From NCBI GenBank assembly GCA_965228735.1, contig OZ245838.1, forward strand, positions 1,088,001 through 1,152,000: a stretch of DNA of 64,000 bases, read 5' to 3'. The stretch's first letter is position 1. Each line of letters opens with the position of its first letter. This stretch comes from Planctomycetota bacterium (GTDB taxonomy: Bacteria > Planctomycetota > UBA1135 > UBA2386). The notes under the pieces were generated by a model. The model had not been told where the DNA came from. It was given only the letters and a program-made list of their open reading frames with translations, and did not search any database. Position numbers and translations under genes: made by a program. Of the stretch, positions 9,377-17,332 are shown in pieces.

Positions 9377-11191
9377 ATGAGACAACGCTCCGCGTGGCTG
9401 CGCACCCATACCTGCGGTGATCTGAACCTGTCGAACGAGGGCCAGGAAGTGGTCCTGAACGGCTGGATCGAGAATCACCGCGACCACGGTCAGATCGTCT
9501 TCCTCGACCTGCGGGATCGCTATGGCGTCACACAGGTGATGGCGGACCAGGACACCGCCGCGGCCGACCCGGGCTTGTTCGAGGCGCTGAGCAAGCTCGG
9601 GAGCGAGGACGTGCTGTCGATCCGCGGGGTCGTGCGGCCGCGCGGCGAGGGCAAGGTCAACAAGGACCGTTCGACGGGTGAGATCGAGGTCGTCGCGCAC
9701 TCCGTGACCGTGCTCAGCGAGTCCGAGACCCCGCCGTTCGAGATCGTCGACAAGGCCGAGGCCAACGAGGAGCTGCGCATGCGCTATCGCTACCTCGACC
9801 TGCGCCGCCGCCCGCTGCAGGAGGCGATGATCAAGCGCTCGCGTTTCGTCACGGCCGTGCGCACGTTCTTGCAGGACCACGGCTTCATCGACGTCGAGAC
9901 GCCGATCCTCACGAAGAGCACGCCCGAGGGCGCGCGCGACTACCTCGTCCCGAGCCGCGTGCATCCCGGCAAGTTCTTCGCGCTGCCGCAGAGCCCGCAG
10001 ATCTTCAAGCAGCTCTGCATGGTCGCGGGGCTCGACCGCTACTACCAGATCGCGCGCTGCTTCCGCGACGAGGACCTGCGCGCCGACCGCCAGCCGGAGT
10101 TCACGCAGATCGATCTCGAGATGAGCTTCGTCGAGGAGGACGACGTGCTCGAGCTCGTCGAGGGCATGGTTGCCCACTCGATGAAGGAGGGCTTCGGGAT
10201 CGACATTCCGGTGCCGTTCCCGCGCTTCGACTTCGACGACGCGATGGCGCGCTACGGCAGCGACAAGCCGGATCTGCGCTTCGGCATGGAACTCGTCGAC
10301 TGCACGGAGCTCGCGAAGAAGAGCGACTTCAAGGTCTTCAACATGGCTGTCGAGACCGGCGGCATCGTGAAGGGCATCGTCGCGGAGGGCGCGGCCGACA
10401 AGTTCTCGCGCAAGCAGATCGACAAGCTCACGGACTTCGTGAAGGGCTACGGCGCCAAGGGCCTGGCCTGGGGCAAGGTCACCGACAAGGGCGTCGAGGG
10501 CGCGATCAGCAAGTTCTACGGCGGCGAGGCCGGCGCGGAGCTGATCGCGCATATGGGCGCCAAGCCTGGCGACCTCATGCTGTTCGGCGCCGACTCGAGC
10601 AAGGTCGTGCACCGCGCGCTCGGCGAGCTGCGCGTCGAGCTCGGCAGCCAGCTCGGGCTGCGGGACCCGAAGGTGTTCCGCTGCTGCTGGGTGACCAACT
10701 TCCCGATGTTCGAGTTCAACGACGAGAAGGGCATCTGGCAGTACGCGCACAATCCGTTCAGCGCGCCCGTCGACTGGAACGTCGGGGACTTCAGCGAGGA
10801 CACCGAGACCATCCGCAGCCGGGCCTACGACTTCGTGATGAACGGCTGGGAGCTCGGCTCGGGCTCGGTCCGCATCCACAAGCCGGAGCTGCAGGCCCGT
10901 GTGTTCGACTTCCTCGGCATCAGCAAGGAGGAGCAGCGTGAGAACTTCGGCTTCGTCCTCGATGCCTATCAGTACGGCGGCCCGCCGCACGGCGGCATAG
11001 CGCTCGGCGTCGACCGCATGGTCACGCTCGCGCTCGGACGCGAGAGCATCCGCGACGTGATCGCGTTCCCCAAGACGGCGACGGCCTACGACCTCATGGC
11101 CGAGGCCCCCGACAAGGTGTCGCCGGAGCAGATGGCGGAGCTGCAGATCCTGTCGACGGCGAAGCCGGAGGTATCCGACGCCGTCGACTGA
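9377..11191 (+). CDS. aspS: Aspartate--tRNA ligase (probably non-discriminating Asp/Asn type)
   Basis: RTHTCG, RDHG..FLDLRD, TPEGARDYLVPSR, LPQSPQIFKQL, CFRDEDLRADRQPEFTQID, PPHGGIALGVDR. Confidence 0.98.
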   Translation: MRQRSAWLRTHTCGDLNLSNEGQEVVLNGWIENHRDHGQIVFLDLRDRYGVTQVMADQDTAAADPGLFEALSKLGSEDVLSIRGVVRPRGEGKVNKDRSTGEIEVVAHSVTVLSESETPPFEIVDKAEANEELRMRYRYLDLRRRPLQEAMIKRSRFVTAVRTFLQDHGFIDVETPILTKSTPEGARDYLVPSRVHPGKFFALPQSPQIFKQLCMVAGLDRYYQIARCFRDEDLRADRQPEFTQIDLEMSFVEEDDVLELVEGMVAHSMKEGFGIDIPVPFPRFDFDDAMARYGSDKPDLRFGMELVDCTELAKKSDFKVFNMAVETGGIVKGIVAEGAADKFSRKQIDKLTDFVKGYGAKGLAWGKVTDKGVEGAISKFYGGEAGAELIAHMGAKPGDLMLFGADSSKVVHRALGELRVELGSQLGLRDPKVFRCCWVTNFPMFEFNDEKGIWQYAHNPFSAPVDWNVGDFSEDTETIRSRAYDFVMNGWELGSGSVRIHKPELQARVFDFLGISKEEQRENFGFVLDAYQYGGPPHGGIALGVDRMVTLALGRESIRDVIAFPKTATAYDLMAEAPDKVSPEQMAELQILSTAKPEVSDAVD

Positions 11192-11305
11192 GGTTTCGGC
11201 GCAGCGGCGCAGCGGCGCGATCCGAACGCCCGGACACCGTTCTGCTACCATGTGCCATCCGGCCTGACACGCGATGGTGCGTGCTGCCGCCGGGGGGGCT
11301 CGGAC

Positions 11306-12940
11306 ATGAGGATGGCACCCGTGCATGCGCTCACCGCGCTGATCTTTCCGTTTGGCGGCGTCCTTGTCGGGCAGATCCCGGCCCACGCCGTGGCGCTCGA
11401 TCCGACCGTGGGGTTCTTCGAAGCACCGCAGGTCGTGCGCTCCGGAGAGTCGGTTCACGCGGTCGGTTGGCAACCGACGAGTGCGGGCATCCGCACGATC
11501 TACTACTCCCGCTCCGACGACGGTGGGCGGACGTGGCCCGTGCGGGAATCCATGATCAGCGTTGCCAATCAGCGGGGGCTGATCAGCCTTGCGGCCGACG
11601 GCGACGACGTGCACATCGGGTTCGATCCGGGCAACTGGATGCCACACGTGGTGAGCTCGCGCGATCGCGGCAACACCTGGCAGCCGCCGGCGGCGATCGG
11701 CGGTCAGGGCTTCGGCACGACCGCGCCGACCCCGACGGTGCGCGCTTTCGGGGCGAGGGTGAACGCGCTCTGGTTCGCGGAGGTCGGAGGCCTCGGGCGC
11801 GTGCTCTGGAGCGCCCGCTCGCTGGATCGCGGCGTCACGTGGGGTCAGCCGCAGCGAATCGACGGCGGCGCGCCGTCGGCATGGGCAATCGATCAGCGCG
11901 ACGAAGACCTGCGGGTGCTGGGCGACGGTGCGGCGCTGCATGTGGTCTGGCGCCGCGGCATCCGCACCGGCACGTCGCAGTGGACCTACCACACCCTGCA
12001 CCAGCGCTCCCTCGACGGTGGCGTGACGTGGCTCGCGGTCCCGACGGTCGTGGCGAGCACGACGATCGAGGGCCTCGAAGAGCCGCCGCAGCCTGCCGCG
12101 GTGGGCGGTGGCGCGGTGCTCGTCGCTTCTGGGTCGCAGGTGCTGCGCTCCCTCGACCAGGGCAACACGTGGCAACCCGTCGCATGGCCGGGGCTGTTGT
12201 CCGGCGCCTGGCGCGTCTACGACCTCGCGGCCGACGGCGCGAACGTTCTGGCGATCGGAAGGTCGAACGCGGGGAACACTCTGCTCGTCAACGCATCGGG
12301 TGATGCTGGCACGACATGGCGCCACACCCCGTATGCGATTGCGGTCCCGGCGCTCACGCCAACGCCGTTCCGGGCGCACGTCGGCGGCAGCGCGTTGCTG
12401 GTCACGGTCGAGTTTCGACAGTTCCCGTGGACCGTGATCCAGTCCGACGACGGCGCGAACAGCTGGCGTATTGCCGGGCAGGGGACCGTCTTGGCCGCCG
12501 ACGCGGACGGTGCGTTCCTGGCGTCCATCGCCGCCTCCGATTGGTGGATCTGGCCGCACGGCGGACACTCGGTGCACGGGGTGGGCACGGCGGGGAGCGG
12601 GAACGTCGTGCCGCGGCTCGCGGGCCGCGGTTTCGCCGGGATCGGCCGGCAGTTCGATCTCGCGGTCACGCTGGCCAGACCGACCTCGCCCGTCGCCTGG
12701 TTCGCGAGCCCGGGGCCGTTGACCGCCGTGCCCGTCGGCTCGGCGACGCGCTACCTCACCCAACCCGTTGCCCTGGCCTCGTCGTTGACCTCGAGCGCGG
12801 GCGAGGCCGCGCTGTCGCTCACGGTGCCGGCCAACCCGGCATTGGCCGGGTTGCGCATTGCGAGTCAGGCGTTCGTCTTCGATCCCGCGGTCGCTGCCGG
12901 CTTCACAGCGACGCGGGCTGTCGAGACCTGGATCTACTGA
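11306..12940 (+). CDS. Secreted BNR/Asp-box (sialidase-like) repeat protein with C-terminal beta-rich domain
   Basis: Seven SxDxGxTW-type Asp boxes (SDDGGRTW, SRDRGNTW, SLDRGVTW, SLDGGVTW, SLDQGNTW, SGDAGTTW, SDDGANSW); signal peptide. Confidence 0.82.
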   Translation: MRMAPVHALTALIFPFGGVLVGQIPAHAVALDPTVGFFEAPQVVRSGESVHAVGWQPTSAGIRTIYYSRSDDGGRTWPVRESMISVANQRGLISLAADGDDVHIGFDPGNWMPHVVSSRDRGNTWQPPAAIGGQGFGTTAPTPTVRAFGARVNALWFAEVGGLGRVLWSARSLDRGVTWGQPQRIDGGAPSAWAIDQRDEDLRVLGDGAALHVVWRRGIRTGTSQWTYHTLHQRSLDGGVTWLAVPTVVASTTIEGLEEPPQPAAVGGGAVLVASGSQVLRSLDQGNTWQPVAWPGLLSGAWRVYDLAADGANVLAIGRSNAGNTLLVNASGDAGTTWRHTPYAIAVPALTPTPFRAHVGGSALLVTVEFRQFPWTVIQSDDGANSWRIAGQGTVLAADADGAFLASIAASDWWIWPHGGHSVHGVGTAGSGNVVPRLAGRGFAGIGRQFDLAVTLARPTSPVAWFASPGPLTAVPVGSATRYLTQPVALASSLTSSAGEAALSLTVPANPALAGLRIASQAFVFDPAVAAGFTATRAVETWIY

Positions 12941-13805
12941 TCCCATCCGACCGTTGATTCAGGGCGCGATCGATGGCGCCGAGCACGGCGTCGACCGGGA
13001 TGTCGGTCATACAGCGGCCCCGCGGGTTCGCGATGCAGCCGCTCGTCTGCATCGCGGCAAAGCAGCGCGTCATGCAGTTCAGGCACGGCAACCCATCGGC
13101 CTGGACCGCGTGGACCTCGGCGCCGTCGTGCACGAATCGTTCTGGCAGCGCGAGCGAGAACAGGATGACGCACGGCACGCCGGCGGCCTGCGCGTAGTGG
13201 AACGGCCCCGAGTTGTTGCCGAGGAACAGGTCGCACGTCCCGAGCACCGCGGCGGTCTCGCGCATCGACAGCCGGCCGACGAGGTCGAGGCCGATGCCCA
13301 AGCGGTTCTGCGCCCCGACCTCGATGACCTCGGCGCCGGCATCGCGCAAGGTCTTCGCCACCAGCTGCCAGCGGTCCACCGGCCAGTGGCGCAGGGGGTC
13401 GACGTGGTCGCTGCAGATCGCCACGCGGAGCCGGGTCTTTGCCGGTAGCCGCCGCCGAGCCATCAGGTCGTCGGGCGAAAGATGAAGTTTGGGCCGGCGG
13501 TCGGATGGCGTCACCCCGGCGTAGCTGCACATGTGACCGACGAGGCTCGGCATCGCTTCGAGCTTGCCGAACTCGCCGTGGTCCATGTGGGTGAACAGCT
13601 TGACCTCGACGAGCTCGTCGAAGCGCTGCTCCGGCCGCGCCATTCCCGTCACGAGCGGGTTGTGGATCACGTTGCCGACCTTGCCGCGCAGGAAGATCCG
13701 CGTGCCCTCGCCGTGCTGCTCGACGAGGCCGAGCATCATCGGGTCGGAGCACAGCAGATCGCCGAGACCCCAGCCGCCCTGGTAGTCGACGAGGACGTCG
13801 GTCAT
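12903..13805 (-). CDS. Glycosyltransferase family 9 (heptosyltransferase-like)
   Basis: GLGDLL, R.WP..RW, DLVGRLSMRETAAVL..CDLFLGNNSGPFHYAQAAGVPCVILF, C-terminal PCLNC...C...CMTDI; 3' end overlaps the convergent gene by 38 nt. Confidence 0.87.
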   Translation of the reverse strand: MTDVLVDYQGGWGLGDLLCSDPMMLGLVEQHGEGTRIFLRGKVGNVIHNPLVTGMARPEQRFDELVEVKLFTHMDHGEFGKLEAMPSLVGHMCSYAGVTPSDRRPKLHLSPDDLMARRRLPAKTRLRVAICSDHVDPLRHWPVDRWQLVAKTLRDAGAEVIEVGAQNRLGIGLDLVGRLSMRETAAVLGTCDLFLGNNSGPFHYAQAAGVPCVILFSLALPERFVHDGAEVHAVQADGLPCLNCMTRCFAAMQTSGCIANPRGRCMTDIPVDAVLGAIDRALNQRSDGISRSRSRQPASL

Positions 13806-15142
13806 CGCGGGATCGGGGCGGCGGCCGGTGCTCCTGCGGGGGTCGGCGCGATCGTGGAGTCCAAGTCGAGCTCCGGTTGCGTCGCCTGGATCGCCTGTTC
13901 GATGCGGTCGAGGTTCTGGGCCGGGACGTAGCGCAGGATCGACTGCCGCGCGTGGTCGCGCATGTCGAGCTCGTCCGCGACGACGACCGCGCTCGCGACG
14001 ATCTCGGTGCGCGTCACACCGAGTTCGATCGCATGCAGCAGCGCCGCGAGGCTCTGCTTCTTCTTGCCGGTGTCGTAGAGCGTGACGCCGAGGTCGGCCC
14101 AGGTCTCGCCGTCTTCCGCGTCCCCGCTGTCGCGTTGTTTGCCGATCGCCGCGAGCAAGGCGTGCTCGGCCTCCTCGAGGTCACCCTGCGCGAAGTAGCG
14201 CCGGCCGACGTCGTGGATCGCGGCCGGCTCCATCCACTGCAGGTAGACGCGCGCGTCGTCGTCCGTCCGCCGGAAGATCTTGCCCTCGCGGTCGCGGAAC
14301 GCGCCGTGACCCGAGTTCTCGTGACACGGATCGCAGTAGCCGAAGTCGGTGCACGAGAAGAACTCGCCCATCTGGGGCAGCGTGCGGCACTCGTCGATCG
14401 CGGTGATGTTGCCGAACGCGTTCTTGCGCTCCGTGAGGTGATACTGGCAGTTGTAGATCGAGCCCTCGGGGTCGATGTTGACCCACGCGCTCGTGCACTC
14501 GATCTGGAAGCGCTTGTCGCGGTTGAACGCCTTGCCCATGTGCGTGCCGCGGAACTCGTTGAACTGGTAGAGCAACCCGCGCCGATCCGCCAGCTCGACG
14601 AGCTTGCCGATGTTCTTGTCGTGCTCGTCGTCGCGGAAGTGCGGGAAGCGCTGCAGCTGGACCATCGAGAACACCGGCGCCTTGACGATGCCGCTGTCGC
14701 GCAGGCGCTCGGCCTGGTCGAGCCACTTCTCGGGCGCGATGAACTTCGGGTGGTAGGTGTGGAAGCTCGTCGCGAACTGCTTGCCGTGCGCGCGCATTTC
14801 CTTACTGAACGCATCGATGTCGAACGTGAGGTTCGACGTCATGTCGAGCTCGTAGCCTTCGAGCCGACTCGCGATGAACGCGAAGTCCTTGTGCAGCGAC
14901 GGCTCGCCGCCAGTGAGGATCAGCGGGTGCTCGGGGCGAACGGGGAACGCGTTGAGCGACTCGACCCACTCACGCCCGGAGAGCTCCTGGTATCGCCCCC
15001 AGGGCTTGCGCTTCTGCCCCGGGACCATGTTGGGCTTCTGGATGCAGTAGTCGCACGCGAAGTTGCACCGCGCGGTCAGGTACGCGACCCAGACATGGAT
15101 CTCTGGCGTCGGGAGGGGGAATCGGGCGGTCTGGTCGGCCAT
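13802..15142 (-). CDS. Radical SAM protein with SPASM/twitch-like Cys domain and C-terminal TPR
   Basis: RCNFACDYC, LTGGEPSLH, CTSAWVNIDPEGSIYNC..FGNI..C....CDPC, TPR-like WADLGVTLY; 4-nt overlap with the GT9 gene. Confidence 0.85.
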   Translation of the reverse strand: MADQTARFPLPTPEIHVWVAYLTARCNFACDYCIQKPNMVPGQKRKPWGRYQELSGREWVESLNAFPVRPEHPLILTGGEPSLHKDFAFIASRLEGYELDMTSNLTFDIDAFSKEMRAHGKQFATSFHTYHPKFIAPEKWLDQAERLRDSGIVKAPVFSMVQLQRFPHFRDDEHDKNIGKLVELADRRGLLYQFNEFRGTHMGKAFNRDKRFQIECTSAWVNIDPEGSIYNCQYHLTERKNAFGNITAIDECRTLPQMGEFFSCTDFGYCDPCHENSGHGAFRDREGKIFRRTDDDARVYLQWMEPAAIHDVGRRYFAQGDLEEAEHALLAAIGKQRDSGDAEDGETWADLGVTLYDTGKKKQSLAALLHAIELGVTRTEIVASAVVVADELDMRDHARQSILRYVPAQNLDRIEQAIQATQPELDLDSTIAPTPAGAPAAAPIPR

Positions 15143-15205
15143 GGGCTTACCTGGGGTGCCCCTGTCATCGGCCGTTCCGGACCGCGATCTTGACCGCAGA
15201 AGGCT

Positions 15206-16243
15206 TCAGGCGCCCTGCAGGCGGGCGGCGATCCGGTCGAGCTGCTCGTTCCCGCCGTCGCGCAGGTAGGCCTCGGCCTGCAGCTGCAGCGCGTTCAGGT
15301 TCGTCGCCGACGCGTTGTCCATGTCGTCGTAGGCGCTCGTGAGCTTGACCTGCAGGCGCTCGTAGTTGTCCTTTCCGACCGCCTGTGCCGCGATGTACGA
15401 CACCGCATCGGCGGCGCCGTCGAACAACACATCGATCACCGGGATGGCCCATTCGATCGGGCCCCACTCGGTCGCGTCATCGATGGTGATCGGGCGGGTC
15501 GTCTCGCCCGTGCCCATCGACACCACGAGGAGATCGTCGAGCACCGTGCCGCGGTCGGTCTTCGCGTCGGTCCGCAGCTTGATGGCCTCCGCGATCGCGC
15601 AGGCGGTCGGGTTGTTGGCGACCACGCCGCCGTCGACCAGCGGCGCCTTCGCCGACCCCAGCTTCATCACGTGGGCCGGGAAGTAGGTCGGCGCGGAGCT
15701 CGACGCCGTGCAGACCTGCCAGACCTCGAGCTTCTTGTGGCGCGGGTTGGTCGTCTTGAAGATCACGGCCTGGCGCGTGAGCGTGTCGTAGCTCGGCACG
15801 AGCACCCGGGTCTTCAGCGCCTCGAGTCGCGTGGTCTTGAAGACGCGCTTCAGCTCCTTGTGCAAACCATCGGGGTCGTATTTGGGGTGACTCACGCCGT
15901 GCTCGACGGTCTTGGACATCCAATCCCAGGCCTTGCCGAAGACGTTCCAGGCCGACCGCTTCGGGAAGATGAACTGCGCGCGGTCGCGATAGAGCTCGAC
16001 GATCTTGCGGGCGGGGATGCCGTTGCCGACGGCGGCCGCGAGGATGCTGCCCGTCGACGTCCCCGCGACGAGATCGAAGTAGCCGTGCAGGGGGCCGTCG
16101 AGCCGCTCCTCGAGCGCGGCGAGCCACGTCGCGGTGATGACGCCGCGGACGCCGCCGCCGTCGAGCGAGAGGATGTGGCGGACGGGGCGGTTCGCCGGCG
16201 CGCGGGCGCCGGCCTTCTTGGACTTCTTCTTCGATGCAGCCAT
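15206..16243 (-). CDS. Patatin-like phospholipase
   Basis: SLDGGGVRG, AGTSTGS (GxSxG), SSSAPTYF, VDGGVVANNP. Confidence 0.92.
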   Translation of the reverse strand: MAASKKKSKKAGARAPANRPVRHILSLDGGGVRGVITATWLAALEERLDGPLHGYFDLVAGTSTGSILAAAVGNGIPARKIVELYRDRAQFIFPKRSAWNVFGKAWDWMSKTVEHGVSHPKYDPDGLHKELKRVFKTTRLEALKTRVLVPSYDTLTRQAVIFKTTNPRHKKLEVWQVCTASSSAPTYFPAHVMKLGSAKAPLVDGGVVANNPTACAIAEAIKLRTDAKTDRGTVLDDLLVVSMGTGETTRPITIDDATEWGPIEWAIPVIDVLFDGAADAVSYIAAQAVGKDNYERLQVKLTSAYDDMDNASATNLNALQLQAEAYLRDGGNEQLDRIAARLQGA

Positions 16244-16319
16244 GACGTCTCCTTCGGCGGCAGGCAAACGCCGCCGCGGAGCAGGTTACCCGGGCGGCCG
16301 GAGGTGCTTCAATGCCCAT

Positions 16320-16751
16320 ATGAGCAAGGCACCCGACCATCACGACGCCGACCTGATCCTCAAGTTCTACGAGCTGCGCCGCGAAGCGGTCATGCGGCAG
16401 TCGCGCGACACGATGATCATGGAGTGCTGGCCGCGCAGCGAAGCGGATGCGTTCGCGCTCCTCGATCGCGAGCACCCGCAGAACCAGGCGTTCCGCCAGG
16501 TCGTGACCTACTGGGAGATGGTCTACGGGATGGCGAAGTACGGCGTCGTGAACACGGACTTCCTGCTCGAGAGCAACGGCGAGGGTCTGTTCGTCTACGC
16601 CAAGTTCGAACCCTACGTCGAAGCGCTGCGCGAGAAGTGGAATCCGCGCGCGTTCGAGAAGGCCGAGTGGATCAGCCAGCAGAGCGAACTGTCGGCCAAG
16701 ATCCTCGACAACTTCCGGAAGCGGGTCCGGAAGCACCTCGAGTCGAACTGA
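16320..16751 (+). CDS. Uncharacterised helical protein (DUF4760-like, tentative)
   Basis: Typical codon bias; DADLILKFYELRRE...FRQVVTYWEM. Confidence 0.7.
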   Translation: MSKAPDHHDADLILKFYELRREAVMRQSRDTMIMECWPRSEADAFALLDREHPQNQAFRQVVTYWEMVYGMAKYGVVNTDFLLESNGEGLFVYAKFEPYVEALREKWNPRAFEKAEWISQQSELSAKILDNFRKRVRKHLESN

Positions 16752-16756
16752 CGGCG

Positions 16757-17332
16757 TCAGTCCGCCAGCGGATCGCGCTCGGCGCGGATCTCGAGGACGG
16801 CGTACGGGCCCGGTTCGCACCGGGCCGCATCGAACGTCGAGGTCGCAGCCATCGCGTCCTCGAATCGGTCGAACAATCCGTAGCGGTTGGCCGGGAGTTC
16901 GGCGGCCATCAAGTTGCAGCTGAGCGGCGAACACTCGAACGCCGCGTCGTTCGAGCGGCAGCAGACGTCGAAGCCGAGCCGCACGAACGAGGACGGGGGG
17001 CGTTCTGCCGCCACGGTCGCGAGTTCGGTCGGCGATTGCTCAGCACCGCCGAACTGCACCGGTAGGCTCGCGACCGCGCAGATCAGGAACTCGGCGCGGT
17101 CCGGATCAGGGACGATCGCGCGGAGGGTCGGGAGGTCGTCGTACAGGAAGAGGCGGTTGTGGCGCCAGCGCTCCATCCAGCCAGCCGGCCAGTCGGCGAA
17201 GCACTCGCTCGGGCTGCAGACGATTTCGATGCCGTGCTGGTCGTAACGCTCCGGCCGCGTCGCGAAGAAGCCGACCGGACGCAGGTCGGCTTCGGTCCAG
17301 AGGATCGCGCCGAAGTCAGATCCGGAAGGCAT
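16757..17332 (-). CDS. Hypothetical protein
   Basis: 191-aa ORF with protein-like composition (LGFDV...SPLSCN...NRYGLF); overlaps the end of the molybdoenzyme gene. Confidence 0.65.
   Translation of the reverse strand: MPSGSDFGAILWTEADLRPVGFFATRPERYDQHGIEIVCSPSECFADWPAGWMERWRHNRLFLYDDLPTLRAIVPDPDRAEFLICAVASLPVQFGGAEQSPTELATVAAERPPSSFVRLGFDVCCRSNDAAFECSPLSCNLMAAELPANRYGLFDRFEDAMAATSTFDAARCEPGPYAVLEIRAERDPLAD

Noticed and set aside
15206..16243. Patatin as a CBASS CapV effector
   Set aside because: No CD-NTase, Cap2/Cap3 or other defence genes adjacent; treated as a stand-alone patatin
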